Source of the DNA: Octopus vulgaris
Taxonomy: Eukaryota
Length of the DNA: 64,000 nucleotides
Reading direction: 5' to 3'
Assembly: GCA_951406725.2 (NCBI GenBank)
Contig: OX597818.1
Location: 22,816,001 to 22,880,000, forward strand
A model generated the notes under the pieces. The model was given only the letters and a program-made list of their open reading frames with translations, made no database searches and was not told the DNA's origin. The first letter of the stretch is position 1, and each line of letters starts with the position of its first letter. This document shows positions 13,557 through 28,139 of this stretch, in pieces. A program made the position numbers and the translations under genes.

Positions 13557-16139
13557 TTATATTGACATATAAACTTGATTTAAATATTCGAAGCCTTCAT
13601 CTAATGTTAGAATTGGTTTTAAGTCTTACGGTAGGTAGCAAAATTAGAACACCGGAATAAACATCTCGGCATATTCATTCTCAATCCTACTTTTGTTATT
13701 TACATTTACGGCTGATGTAATTATTTATTTTGCAAATGAGTTGGGGGCTAAATAACCAAATAAATAAATGAATAATTAAAAATGGAAAAAAAAAACATTA
13801 CTCGGCATACAAGTGCAGAAAAAAGACGGAACAGCTCTCTTTAGATTTTGCAATACAGAATTACAGAACTAAGTGCATGTTTGGCAGTGTTTTGGTGCAG
13901 GCTTAACTGTGTGGTTAAGAAGTTTGCTTTGCAACCACTGGATTTCGGGTTCAGTCTCACTACGCGGCACTTCTGGGTAAGTGTCCTCTACCAATGTCTC
14001 GAAAGTGTGGAAACCCCTCATGTATATAAATATTTATATGTGTGTGTCTTTATGTCTGTGTTTATTCACACCTGCTTGACAACCGATGTTGGTTTGTTTA
14101 CGACCCGTAACCTAGCGGTTCTGTGAAAAAGACCGATAGGATAAGTACTGGGCTAAAAAAAAAAAAGGAAGAAACATTAGTACTGCTGTTCGACTAAAAC
14201 GCTTCAAAGCAGTGCCCCAGCATGGTCGTAAAACAATGACTGAAGCAAAAGATAGGAGATAAGATGTACGCACATTGATGCGATTGTGTATGTGATGAGC
14301 GTGTGTGTGTGCGCGTGTGTGTATGCGTATGTGTGTGCGTGTGTGTGTGTACATATATATGTATGTGTGAGGGAAGATAGTAGCAGAGACAAGAACAAAC
14401 AACCCGATTAAACAGTAAAAGAGAATATGAAAAGCAGCCGACAGTTTGTATGACCGCAATAAAAATATCTGAAAAACTCCGAAAAGACGATAAAGATCTT
14501 TAACAATTGAATGAAGTTGATTTCGTGGATATACAAGGCCACAGATTTTAACAGAGAGCTGCGAATAGTGTTGGAGTTAGTGTTATGCCTTTCCCAGAAT
14601 CAGCACAAGCGATGTAACTGAGTAAGCAATATGAAAGGCAACAGACGGCTTGGCGAGTGATGTACTAAAGCCTTTGAAAATAAAAATGAATTTAGATTTA
14701 CATGGAGTGGGGATGTCGATGGAAAGTTGTGATGTTCATTCATGCCTGTCATTAAAGTACCCTCGATGTTACAGGATAAGAGATATCAAAAAGGCAACCG
14801 ACAGCAGGCCAACGTCGCCATAAAAAAAACGGCTATGAAATAAAAAGGGAAAAGAACACCCAAATATCATGTACTTTCAAAAATAAAATGTAAATAAATG
14901 AATAAATAAATAAAAACAAAAACCTCATATGAAGACACAGAAACCTGAATTCTCCGTCTATAGAGTTAAGAGAAAATGGGATATTGTAAGATACATGCTT
15001 TTAAGAAGAGTATTAACGTTTGGAGTATATAAGCAATATGGCGGATCGTGAAGCCATTTTATGGAAAGGTGAAATAAAGAAAGCGTCATTAAATATCAGA
15101 AAACACCAGAGAATGGCTTACGTAGGACAGTACTGCGAATATACAGAAATCAATCAACGAAAACTTATACCTTTTACAATGGTGTTAGCAACGTTAGAAG
15201 ATAGAGAATATAAAACGAAACTAGACTATGTTCTACAAAGGAGAAAAGCGTAAGGTGTCTAAAGTCTCAATAACATTAACAAAACAATAACCATCTTAAG
15301 AAACACAGGAACAGAATCAGAAATATATCGAAGGAAATGAGACTGTGTGATATTCATGCCCTTTTACAAAGTAATTTAACCGCAAAAATGACCAAGAACA
15401 TGAATAAGAAATAATAAAAGTGACAACAAACTTAGCAAACTCAATTGATTTTTTTGGCGGCTTGAAACATTCATAAAATCTATGAAAATCCCATGAAAAG
15501 GCTGACGAAGAGCTTAAAAAACAAAGAAAAGAAAAGAAGCAAGAAGAGAAGACGAAATAGAAAAAGTGATTGAAATAAAGAATTCCTTTAGATTCCGATT
15601 TCGATGAGGAATATTTTTTTTCAATATATTGACACAACTGCCATCAACACTACAAAAATCGCCACCACCACCACCACCACTATCATTAAGTATCGAGTTT
15701 ACCATACACTAAATATACTTTGTAGTCACCACAAACACATCCTCTTCTTCATTGGTGTTTTCAAAAATCGAAACTAATAAAAGATGTTGAGAGAAAAAGA
15801 AAAAGAGGTAGCATGAAGAGATGATGGGTAGGGAGTACTGGTAAAAATAAGGATTAAGGAAAGATAGATGAAAGAAGCGAAAAAGAAGATGATAATGTTA
15901 ACGATGATGATGATGAAGAGGATTAGGAGGGGGATGAGGAGGAGAAGGACGACGACGACGACGATGACAGGAGGGGAGGTGGAAGAGGAGGAATAGGAAG
16001 ATTGTGATGATGGTGATGCTTAAAGTATATCCACGATAAGTTGGGTATAAAGTTTGCTGTTCACTACTAATACTGCTTCCATCGCTAATACCTAATATAT
16101 ATGTATATGTTTTTCTATTTTTTAATTATCATAAATCTT

Positions 16140-16490
16140 CCACTGAGGAGGGATTTGGTTTCCAACAAAGATACAAAGCTCCATCTTTGGGATGTAGTTA
16201 ACACTGATAAATTCACATTTGGAACTTGAGAAAAGTCTTGCATATTGTTACTGTTTCACTCACAGATTCAACTTGTAATATACGAATCAGCCGGTCGATT
16301 TCTCTTTTTGAAAAACCCAGTTTATCCAGATTCTCTTTTAAGCATTTACTAGCAAAACCTAGTGCTGCAATTATTATTGATATGAATATGAATTCATAGT
16401 CTGGATATAGAAGCTGGAGGTTTCGAAACAGTTGTCCATAGATATCCTCTTTTTCTTTGATTTTCAAAGAGATATTTGTATCTGCAGAGC
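16140..16490 (-). mobile_element. 3' fragment of an RLE-type non-LTR retrotransposon (R4/Dong-like)
   Basis: ORF 16213-16467: KEKEDIYGQL..LQLLYP.Y...ISIIIAALG...L..LG...LQ...ICKTFL, matching the C-terminal restriction-like endonuclease region of R4/NeSL-type elements. Confidence 0.7.
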
Positions 16491-17607
16491 TTGTTATATT
16501 TACATTTGACAGAAGTTTTGATGGGAATATTCCAGCAGTATTCCTTGAGTTGGTGCTTATAAATATATTCCATAACAGAGGGATTTTCTAAGTTTATTTC
16601 AGGACATATATGTATGTATATTTGTATGTATGTATGTGTGTGTCTGTGTGTAGGTGTGTATGTATGTATTTATGTATGTATGTATGTACACACACACACA
16701 CACACAGCTGACCATTGGACTATTTCTCTGTAAAAAAGGGGTTAAATGCATGTAGAATGCAGTACACGTCTGCTCTAAGACTCCCTGTAGTCGCACAGGG
16801 TAAATGGATGCTTTGCAGCTCCACTCCACCATGGAAAGGGCTCTCGGATCAGTAGTATGATCCAGAGTTATAAGTCTATCCAAATGGATATAATTTGGTA
16901 TTTGTCAATTTTTCTTCACAGTTTTTATGCGTGTGTTCAGAAGGACAAAGTCCAGGAAATACAATCTGTGTGAAATAAAATTTGACGCTGCCAGTTTCGA
17001 GGTGGTTTCTGACGTTAAAATTCCGGCATCTTCGAGATGTACCAGTTGCGTTGACTTTATCTTGTCACTAATTTGTCTCGTTCACAATGAAGTTATTAAA
17101 GCAAGGATGTATGTACCACTCCTCACTATAACGTTTCATTGCACTGATATCTTCACTTGCAACCAGTGCCGCCTTGAAGCATGAACACACTAAATAGTTG
17201 CCCCGAGGCCTCATGAGTCTAGGGGCCCAATTTTGATCTATGCATGCCTTGCTTTGCCGTTAATAAATAAGTATTATAGGTCCCAGTGCATTTAATTGCA
17301 CAAGAACCTATAATATTCTTAAGACGGACCTACTTTCAACTTGGATTTTAGATTCCTGAAATCTGCAACGATAGAAAATCTGGTGACAGGAGCAGGTTTG
17401 AATGAGCTAGAAGCTTCTACTAGGAATTCTACATACCAGCGAGAGAGCAGGAACTCTATATGCCAGCAAGAGAGCAGGAATTAGAAGCTACCCTACGGAA
17501 CAGTTCTATCTAGTGAAGGCGTTGCTCATCCCAGTTGAGGTAGTAACTAGAAAAGTTGGTCTACAAAATCGTCCACTTTGCTTATTAGTAAGAATTCCTA
17601 GGATATT

Positions 17608-18276
17608 TTTCCACAAGGGCAGCAATTTTGGGGAGGGGATGAGTCGATTACATCGAGCCCAGTGTTCTGGGGTGGATGGTATTTAATCGACCCAGTGTTC
17701 TGAGGTTAACTGGAACTTAATTTATCGATCCTGAGAGGATGAAAGGCAAGGTCGACCTCGGCGGAATTTGATCTCAGAGCGCAGCGACGGGCGAATTACT
17801 GCTAAGCATTTCGCCCAGTGCGTTAACGATTCTGCCAATAATCCTTTTTACTCTAGGCCCAAGGCCTAACATTTGTGGGGAGGGGATTAGTCGATTACAT
17901 CGACTCCAGTGTTTTACTAGTACTTAATTTATCGACCCCGAAAGTATGAAAGGCACAGAATTTGAACTCAGAACGTAAGAAATGCCGCTATGCATCTTGC
18001 CCGACGCATTGACGATTCTACCAAGAAGAAGAAGAAGCAGCAGCAGCAGAAAAAGAAGAAGAAGAAGAAGAAGAAGAAGAAGAAGAAGAAGAAGAAGAAG
18101 AAGAAGAAGAAGAAAGAGAGACATGTTTTCCGTCACCAAACAAAGGTTTCAAGATCAGAGAAATCAAAACCTCGAAAAGACAATTGCTATCCCAGTTGGA
18201 GCTGGAAGAGATTTTCAAAACAGTGAGGGAAGAACATAATTGCGTAGAAATTATGGTATGCACTGCTCTCTCACTC

Positions 18277-18318
<42 letters not shown>

Positions 18319-18930
18319 CCTTTCTATTGAAGGCACAAAGCCTGGAATTTGGGGGAGGGGACTCGTCAATTACATCCACCCCAGTGTTTCAATGGTACTT
18401 ATTTCATCGACCCCGATGGAGAAGAGGAAAGTTGATTATATTGACCACAGTACTTGGCTGGTACTTTATTATTCCAACCCCAAATGGATGAAAGGCAAAA
18501 TTGATAACAGTGGAATTTGAGTTCAAGAACGCAAAGAAACGGAGGACTACTGGAAGGCATTTTGTTCGACGCTCTTTTGGTTTCTTATTATGGCACAAGG
18601 CTAGAGATTTTAGTGGAGACAGTTAGTTATACAGATCACAGTACTTGACCGTGTTACTTTATTTTTATCGATCCCGGAATGATGAATGACAAAGTTGACA
18701 AAGGCGAGATTTGAACTCAGAACATAAAAAACGAAAATAATAATGATTTCAAATTTTGGCACAAGACCAGCAATTTTAGGGAAAGCGAATTGTTGATTAC
18801 ATCGACTGCAGTACTTGATTACTACTTATTTTTATCGACCCTGAAAAAGTCGACTTCGGGGAAATTTGAACTCAGGACGCAAAGAACCGAGAGGAATGCT
18901 GCTAAGCAGTTTTGTCTGACGATCAAGAAG
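17608..18930 (-). mobile_element. Cluster of SINE family C copies and fragments with (GAA)n and (AAT)n tracts
   Basis: Repeated GATGAAAGGCAA.GTCGACCTCGGCGGAATTTGAACTCAG modules; (GAA)n at 18023-18113; (AAT)n at 18277-18318. Confidence 0.8.
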
Positions 18931-19107
18931 AACAGGGATAATAACAAACAAATAGAATTAAAGAAAGAAAAAAAGATTCTCCGAAAATATTCTAAAGTTA
19001 AGCCCGTTCCTCTCTTCCTTGTATATCCAAGAAAAAAACATAAATATTTTAAAAGTTATAAAACATTTGAAACAAAAAGTCATCCATTCTATTTTATCTT
19101 TAAAACA

Positions 19108-19145
<38 letters not shown>

Positions 19146-19384
19146 GTTACTGTTGTTAGTGTTGTTGTTGTTGTTGCTGCTGTTGCTGCTTTGCAAAGAT
19201 CTGGTTATGTAATTCACCAGATAATCATACACTCGCTCTGCACCTCTTGCCTTTCTACCCACACCCCTCGCTCCCACGCTCTCTTTGTCTCAAGACTCAG
19301 ACTTTTAGACTTCTTAGTGCGCGTGTGTGTATGTGTGCGTATACATGTGTGCATTCATGCGTTCATACATACACGCACACACCT

Positions 19385-19497
19385 ATATATATATATATAT
19401 ATATATAATCTATATATCCATATGCGTGTGTATAGATAGATAGATAGACAGACAGGCAGACAGATAGATAGATAGATAGATGTGTGTATATATGTAT

Positions 19498-19556
<59 letters not shown>

Positions 19557-19612
19557 TATATATACAATATATATATATACATATATATACATGTATATAT
19601 ATATACATATAT

Positions 19613-19660
<48 letters not shown>

Positions 19661-19888
19661 ATATATATATACATATATATATATACATGTATATATATAT
19701 ACATATATATACATGTATATATATATATATACATATATATACAATATATATATACATATATATACATGTATATATATATATATATATATAATATATATAT
19801 ACATATATATACATGTATATATATATATATATATATATGCATATATATATATATATATATACATATATATACATATATATATATATGC

Positions 19889-19937
<49 letters not shown>

Positions 19938-20006
19938 TGCATATATATATATATGCATATATATACATATATATATATACATATATATATACATATATAT
20001 ATACAT

Positions 20007-20086
<80 letters not shown>

Positions 20087-20101
20087 TATATATATATATG
20101 C

Positions 20102-20155
<54 letters not shown>

Positions 20156-20208
20156 CATATATATAGATATATATACATATATATATATAGATATACATGT
20201 ATATATAT

Positions 20209-20245
<37 letters not shown>

Positions 20246-20359
20246 CATACATATATTTATGTGCATATGAATGTGTTCATCATATGTGCGTGTGTATGCG
20301 TGTGTAAGTCTGTGCGTGAGCGTGCGCGTACACTTACACACACAAACACATACACACAC

Positions 20360-20408
<49 letters not shown>

Positions 20409-20472
20409 TTACATAAGTATATTTATGCACATCCGTATATGTATGTATGCATGTATGTATGTATGTATGTAT
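19385..20472. repeat. Compound (TA)n/(TACA)n/(GATA)n microsatellite block
   Basis: About 1.1 kb by direct inspection. Confidence 0.95.
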
Positions 20473-20503
20473 GCTTCTGTTTTCGGTTATCAACCCTACT
20501 CAC

Positions 20504-20700
20504 TACCATAGCCTGCTACCCTCTGTTGTACCAGACGTTTTACCCGGGTAGAGTCGGGTGAGGGTAAATGGATGTCTGCTTGGTTTCTTTGGGGATCTCC
20601 TCTTTCTTCTTGCGTTACATAAAAAGGAAATGAAATGACGTGGGTCGGAGTTTAAAGGCGTGGGGGGGGAGAAGTTACATCATGGCGGCGCCTCTCCCCG
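20504..20700 (-). promoter_or_regulatory. Candidate 5'-UTR exon or promoter island
   Basis: Unique, GC-richer island between microsatellites; minus-strand donor TA|GTGAGT at 20503-20498; pyrimidine tract and AAG acceptor at 20610-20609; TGACGT (CRE-like) at 20636 and CATGGCGGCG (YY1-like) at 20681. Confidence 0.35.
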
Positions 20701-20799
20701 ACTCCCACCTCGCATCCCGCTTTCTTTTTCCTCCCTTCCCTCGTCTAAATACGACTCTGTCACCCTACACTTCTTTTGACTTATCCCTTACGACCTAAT

Positions 20800-20835
20800 A
20801 CTACTCCCTACTATTACTGCTGCTACTACTACTAT

Positions 20836-20910
<75 letters not shown>

Positions 20911-21218
20911 CATCTCTAGTAATACAACTACTACCAGCACCGTCTCTACTACTGTTACTATTACTACTACTACTACTACCACACCACCGCCACCTCTACT
21001 TACTACTACTACTACTACTACTACACGATAATGATCATCATCTCTACCACAATCACTTCCTCACCACACACCAAAACCACCACCGCCGCCACTACTATCA
21101 TTAACATCGTCATCATTATCACCACCACCATCACCACCACTACCAATACTACTATCTGCACCTCTACGAACATTACCACTACCTCCCACCCGTCCCAGCA
21201 CAGCTGCTGCTGTTGCTG

Positions 21219-21270
<52 letters not shown>

Positions 21271-21280
21271 CACCACTCTA
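20800..21280. repeat. (TAC)n/(CAC)n triplet repeats
   Basis: Direct inspection. Confidence 0.9.
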
Positions 21281-21656
21281 TCCACACCCACAGGCATGTA
21301 CCCACTCTATATTCCTTTTAATAACAGATCACGTTCTTTTATTTTATTTTATTATATTTAATATTTTTCAAAAGATCAAACGAAAACCTCCGAAAAAGTA
21401 AAACGCGGTCCTTTCTCCCCCAACCCGACCCCACTACCATCCACCGCCAACTATACAAATAAGGGGAAACACAGCCCTCCCCCCTCCATTTACCCATACT
21501 CCTTTTAACAGAAAATAAATAAATATATTAAAAAATAATGAATAAACGTAAGATCCTTTCTCTGCACCCCTTATGAAAAAAACCCCCAAAAAACATGCTG
21601 CATACATCATGCGTGAAGTGATTTTAGGGATTTACAGAAACGAAGGGTACCCCTAC

Positions 21657-21785
21657 CTAGTCTTTTATCTGCTCCTTTTTACGCCACTTTTTTTCTTTTT
21701 TCTGATCTTTTTCACTCCCACCTCACCCGTCATATACCCCGCCATCTCTGGCTTATCTGAGCGTGTTTATTATTTTCTCTTCTTT
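21657..21785 (-). promoter_or_regulatory. Candidate first exon with a YY1-like motif
   Basis: Minus strand has AGATGGCGG (21747-21739) followed by donor-like CTAG|GTAGGG at 21656; abuts a (GAA/GGA)n tract. Confidence 0.3.
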
Positions 21786-21789
21786 TCCA

Positions 21790-22120
21790 CGAGGAGGAGT
21801 AGGAGAAAGAAAAGGAGGAGATAAAGAAAAGGAGGAGTAGGAGGAGGGGGAGGAGACGAAGAAGATAAAGGAGAAGGAAGCGGAGGAATTTGAAGATTAG
21901 GAAAAGGAAGAGAACGAAGGAAAAGGAGCAAAAAGGAGAGGAAAGAAGAAATGAAGAAGAAGAAGGAGAAGAAGAAGAAGAAGAAGAAGAAGAAGAAGAA
22001 GAAGAAGAAGAAGAAGAAGAAGAAGAAGGAGAAGAAGAAGGAGAAGGAGGAGGAAGAGAAGAAGAAGAAGTAGGAGAACGAGGAGGAGGAGGAGTAAAGA
22101 GAGAGACGGAAGAAGGAAAG
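21790..22120. repeat. (GAA)n/(GGA)n purine tract
   Basis: Direct inspection. Confidence 0.9.
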
Positions 22121-23889
22121 TAGGCGAGTACTCTAGATATTGCTCGCAGAAAATCACTTATCAGAATATGTTAAGTTGTTGTATATATATATATATATAT
22201 ACGGGATGACAGCGCTAAGCATTGATGTATATAAACACAAGCTTATTACCAGTTCAAATAAGCTTGAGGCGCATACGAACCCATAAGAAAGCCATTCGCT
22301 GTATTTTGTCATAGAGAAAACTCGCTGTAGATAATTAGGTATAAACATATCCCTGACCAGACAGTTGGATGCGTGCATTTCGGAGAGGTTATCTCCTCTT
22401 CAGTAACAGACCAAATGATTTATTCTGTGTTGGTTTCAATATACATCTTACGAATTCCCTGGGATTCATCAGTGATATTGCTTTAATCGAAAGGGGTTTC
22501 AGGCCTTTTAACATCAGTTTCTTCATTCAGTTAAACTAGTCAGAAGTTATGAAGTCCTAGTTTGCATTCAAGCACCAACGAGCCTCAGATCTGCTCTCTA
22601 TATCCAAAGCCATCCTGTAGCTTTCTCTGCCACTCCAGTGACAGAAACCTAGCCCTAACACTTCGCTGTGCCGATAACTCCCAATCCCAGTCAGAACTCT
22701 ACAATCTCACTGGCAACCTACTTCAAGGTCTGCCTGTCAGCCTTGGCATCTGCACTCCGCATAAACAGCTTTTCTTTTTTTATGTCCTCGCGTTTAACCC
22801 ATTTTATGTGGGGCCGGCTTGTTTTATTGGTGCGAACAAGTTATTGCTTCAAACGACGCGTCTCCCGCCAGTGTTAGAAAGCAGAATTAAAGAGGCAGAA
22901 TAAGTATAGATACAGCAAGGTATCTTGTTCGATGATCTACACAACACAACCAACCCACTACACTGACTAGGTGCTTTGTTCATCAAACTAAAAAGGATAA
23001 AAGACAAAGTTAACCACAGTGGGATTTGAACTCAAAACACAGAAATACCGGATTAAATACCGCCAGCTGCTCTGTAGTAGGGTCTATCATCTCAGCTAAT
23101 TCACCGCGCCAGTTAGATAAGCAGTCTCATAGGCAGAAATCATGACCTTTTTCTTGTCAGAGTCACATATGGTTTTTAAGAAGTAGAGAGGATATGGTTG
23201 TGGTCCTCCAAAATGTTCTACAAGACCACGGCGTGACAACCGGTGTTGGTGTGTTTACACCCCCGTAACTTAGAGGTTCGGCAAAGAGATCGATAGAATA
23301 AGTACCAGGCTTGAAAGAGAAATAAAAAGTACTCGAGTCGATTCATTCGACTAAAAATTCTTCAAGGCGTGCTCCAGCATGACTGAAACAAGTAAAAAAA
23401 TAAAAGATAAAAAATCTTCAAACTTGCATGCTCTCACTCATGTTGTAATCCTGAAATTGGTTTAAGGCAAGGTTAGAAATCATATGCTCTGTAGTGTGGG
23501 CTTCCTCAAATATTAATTGGAATATACAAAACTAATGTTATATTTTGTATATAACTCGATATATACGCAGTTTGCTTTAAAATAATGCCCGCAACCTTCT
23601 TTCACTTGCGGTACACTTATATTCTTTTCAAAATTCGCAGACACACCTGAACTAAAAATATAACTAAAAATATGAGGAAATAATTATATTCAGGTTACAG
23701 TGCGGCACACCTAGCATCGTCTCGTGGCACACCAGTATGCCGTAGTGGACTGTTTTAAAGGATATGCCTTCTGACTAAATCGAAGCTTCCAAGACTCAGT
23801 CAGCTAAACCAAAATCACAATCTTTCAGCTATTAGATTCATGTGTTCTCTTTAGGTAGATACAAACCCGGAAACAAGCAAACATATATA

Positions 23890-24017
23890 TATAGCCGAAA
23901 TTGCGAGGATGATCCGGTTCTTGACTGAAGATTAGAGGCTTCGAATGACCCGTCCGTGTTTTGGTGTCGTCTATTTGAATGTTTTGCGTTCTTGTCCCAT
24001 TTTGTATTTTTATATAT

Positions 24018-24110
<93 letters not shown>

Positions 24111-24300
24111 GGAAGAGGATGCGTGACGAACTGATGAAGGGTCGTTCTTTGTGTTGTTTGTTTTGTTTTCCATTTGTGTCTTTCGTTGTCCAAAATATTG
24201 TTCATGTTCCATTACTCGTGTTTTGTACTTTTTGTTGCACACGTTTCGTGACGTCCTGTGCCCACATATGCATATATATACATATAGATGTATGTACACA
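23890..24300 (+). mobile_element. Fragments of Penelope-like non-autonomous terminal repeats with partial hammerhead motifs
   Basis: CCGAAATTGCG...CTTGACTGAAGA (23895-23930; related minus copy at ~6750-6815) and AACTGATGAAGGG (24129) followed by the T-rich/GTCCTGT tail shared with 47040-47170. Confidence 0.5.
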
Positions 24301-24314
24301 TACGTGTGTAAATA

Positions 24315-24446
<132 letters not shown>

Positions 24447-24814
24447 ATCTATCTATCTATATATATATATAATATATATACACACAGACAAGACACACAT
24501 ACATATGTATGTGTTTGTGGTGCGATGAAGCTCTTATTCTTCAAGAGATCAACCATAGCCTCTCTATATATTTACACTTCTCTACTATATTGAGTCCTTT
24601 ATCATATTACTTGCAAACTGAAACCTTACATACACAAACACACATACACACGCGCACGCATGCGCGCTCATTTATGTATGGTACTTACGTATGTACATAC
24701 GTACATTCACACATATCAAAGACAGCGTTGACACGGCTGAGAGATTCTTCGCAGTGGGTTTTCCATCGGAAGTACCGACAAATATCCTAACCTGAATGGG
24801 TGGGCGAACTACAA

Positions 24815-24881
24815 AAACTACCACCACCATCACCATCACCAAAACCACCACCACCACCACCACCTCCACCACCACCACCAC

Positions 24882-24942
<61 letters not shown>

Positions 24943-24946
24943 CACC

Positions 24947-25019
<73 letters not shown>

Positions 25020-25228
25020 TAAGAGATTTCACTATCATGATGGAAATTGAGAACTTTTCGGTAGCTTTGATGATAATGATGAAAGAGATGATGATGGTGA
25101 TGATGATGATGGTGATGATGATGATGGTGATGGTGGTGATGGTGGTGGTGGTGATGATGATCATGATCATGATGAGAAGGAGGAGGGGGGAACATGATGA
25201 TAATGATGATGACAACGATGATGATGGT
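24815..25228. repeat. (CAC)n/(TAC)n then (GAT/GGT)n triplet repeats
   Basis: Direct inspection. Confidence 0.9.
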
Positions 25229-25662
25229 GCAGAAGTAGAGGTTGCAGAATACGCGTTAAGACGGTCACTTTCTTTTCTGATTATTATTTAAACACTTAAT
25301 AACATAACCATGAGTGCTAAACGATTGCGTGTTCAAATGTAAATTTCTTAACCGGGACCGAGCAGTTGTAGATGTCGGAGCATACGTATATTTAAATGTA
25401 CTCTTTCCTCGCTGATCTTCAATGAATATTTTCATATCCGTTGAGCAGCCGAGTCCATTACAACAGTGTATCATTTTTGCTTGAGTCGAACAATTATATT
25501 AAGCAAAGACTGATATGTTATTACAACCTATTTGAGGCCCTTGCTGTTTTCCTTGCCCGGGAAATATACAAAGATGTTTGAAAAGTAAATAGATAGTATC
25601 TTTTTTTGAAAGAGTTTATATATATATATATACATACATACACACATACATACATACATACA

Positions 25663-25696
<34 letters not shown>

Positions 25697-27054
25697 CATA
25701 CATACATACATACACACACATGCACACACATACATATATATAATATATGTATGTATGCAATGTATGTATGTGTATATATATATGTATGTATGTATATATG
25801 TATTTATGTACGTATGTATGTATATATATTTATATATGTATGTATGTATATATATTTATAACGGGAAGCTTTATGAAAATAAACAAAAGACGAAGGCAGG
25901 TGGAATACAAACAAACAATTGTATTAGTATGGCGCTCAGGAATATGAATAAAACAAGTCTTTTACGTTTCGAGCCTACGCTCTTCAACAGAAAGATACAC
26001 AGAAAAGAAACACGGAGAGAAACAAGGAGAGAAAAAAAAAATGCGTGCAGAAGCTAGAGAATCAACATGATATTTATATATGTATGTATATGCGTGTGTG
26101 TTTTTGTGTCTGTGTTTATCCCTACCCACACCGCTTGTCAACCTGGTACTGGTGTGTTTACATCCCAGTAACTTAGCGGTTCGGCAAAGAAATCGATTGA
26201 ATAAGTACCAGACTTAAAAAAAATAATAATAAGGCGGTGCCCCAGCATGGCCGCAGTCTGATGACTGAAATTAGTAAAAGATAAAAGATTTAAAAAAAGT
26301 TTATTACTTAGCAGACATGCCTGGAGCCGTTTGTAATTATTTAACCCGGTTGAGCATCGCAATAATGAATTATGTTCGCACAGATAAAACGGTATAACGA
26401 GGGATGTCTATTTTTGAGGTGCCTGTATAGAAGAGCAATTATAGGCACTGCAGGGATGTTGTACGCAATATTATTGCTACATGATAAACGCTGTGATGAC
26501 AACATTGTTCTAGATATGATATGCTCCACTCTTGCCTTCTCCTTCTATCATATCTGGTACTCTACTCCTATCGACAATACTTGTAGTTCTCAGTCAGCTG
26601 AAGAAGCTGATTGCCAGATCGTTCATTTATAGATTTTCTTGGCAGGATACATTTTTACTTTATCTTATCATAATGAATGCATTTTTGAAATCAGTAAATT
26701 TTTATCCCAGAACAAGTAGAGTGTTTGGATTATGAGATTCAATTGCTTTTTAATATGGTTAATACTCGGCTCATACAACTTTTGGTCGTCCCTTACCAAA
26801 GAGAAAAAAAAATTATAATAATCCTTTCTACTATAGACACAAGGCCTGGAATATATTGAGAAGGTTAGTCAATCGCTTCTACCCAAGTGCTCAACTGGTA
26901 CTTATTTCATCGACCCCAAAAAGAGGGAAAGTAAAGTCGACTGCGGCGGCATTTGAACTCTTGATGTAAAGACGGAAAAAAATACCGCTAAGCATTTTGC
27001 TCAGCGTCTTAAGGAAATGATAATAATGCAATTTGTTTCTATATTTAGACTATA

Positions 27055-27460
27055 GGTGTAAGAGTGGCTGTATAGTAAGTAGCTATAGGGGTAGGAGTGG
27101 CTGTGTGGTAAGTAGCTTGCTTACCAACCACATGGTTCCGGGTTCAGTCCCACAACGTGGCACTTTGGGCAAGTGTCTTCTACTATAGCCTCGGGCCGAC
27201 CAAAGCCTTGTGAGTGGATTTGGTAGACGAAAACTGAAAGAAGCCCGTCGCATATATGTATATATTTATATATGTATGTGTGTGTGTATATGTTTGTGTG
27301 TCTGTGTTTGTCCCCCCAACATCGCTTGACAACCTATGCTGGTGTGTTTACGTCGCCGCAACTTAGCGGTTCAGCAAAAGAGACCGATGGAATAAGTACT
27401 AGGCTTACAAAGAATAAGTCCTGGGGTGACTGAAGCAAGTAAAAGTGTAAAAAGAGAGAG
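27055..27460 (+). mobile_element. SINE family A with duplicated 5' head
   Basis: GAGTGGCTGT.T.GTAAGTAGCT occurs twice (27063 and 27095) before the standard body. Confidence 0.85.
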
Positions 27461-28139
27461 TATGCATTTCTATGAACACCATGTATTGCTAGTAAGTTAA
27501 TAATGATTGGGTTTAAAGAGAGAACACACAGCGGTATTGGTATACAGTTTTTTTTTTTGTCTTTTAATGATGGAATTATTATTTTTTTTTATTTCTAACA
27601 TGTCAGAAAATAATGAATAACAGGTACAAAAGGTTTTGAGAATTCGGATAGTTATAAAACTTCAATAATCCAAGCAAAGGTAGGTTTTCTTTCTATAGTC
27701 CGGAGATACTGTAGCCAAGTCTCTTTATAATTATTACTTAGATCGTTAATAGATAGCTGTTCTAGACGGCCCCAATCCTTCTTCTACATTGCTTGCTAAG
27801 GACAATGTTCACATTGAATAGTAAGTAACATACTGAGGTACCCGTGTAAACATACATAAATACGATGCTTTGGAGTCTAATTAATTTCAAAGACAAAAAC
27901 GAAAAACTCTTCTTGAAATAAAAATTAGATTCTTCGTCAGGAATTACATACTGGTATGAATAATTACGACCAACAAAAATATACAAAGACCTTTCATAGC
28001 CCAGACGGGAACGAACAAAATTATATGTAATTTGTAGAATGTATATTGGTTCTGTACCAAATTGGATTATGAATTAACGATCGTCTATACCTACAATTTT
28101 TTATCATGATCCACTGATGATAACCCATCATCAGTTGAT

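Noticed and set aside
14960-15500. Possible LINE endonuclease remnant (TKLDYVLQRR)
   Set aside because: Too degenerate to assign by eye.
22440-22480. Hammerhead-like CTGATGA..GTAA on minus (similar weak case at 27870-27945)
   Set aside because: Core or stems are broken; cannot be distinguished from chance or dead relics.
24787-25291. Poly-T/V/H/S/P ORFs resembling mucin or extensin (also 20788-21401, 21890-22157, 17924-18278)
   Set aside because: Pure triplet repeats with no domain or splice support.
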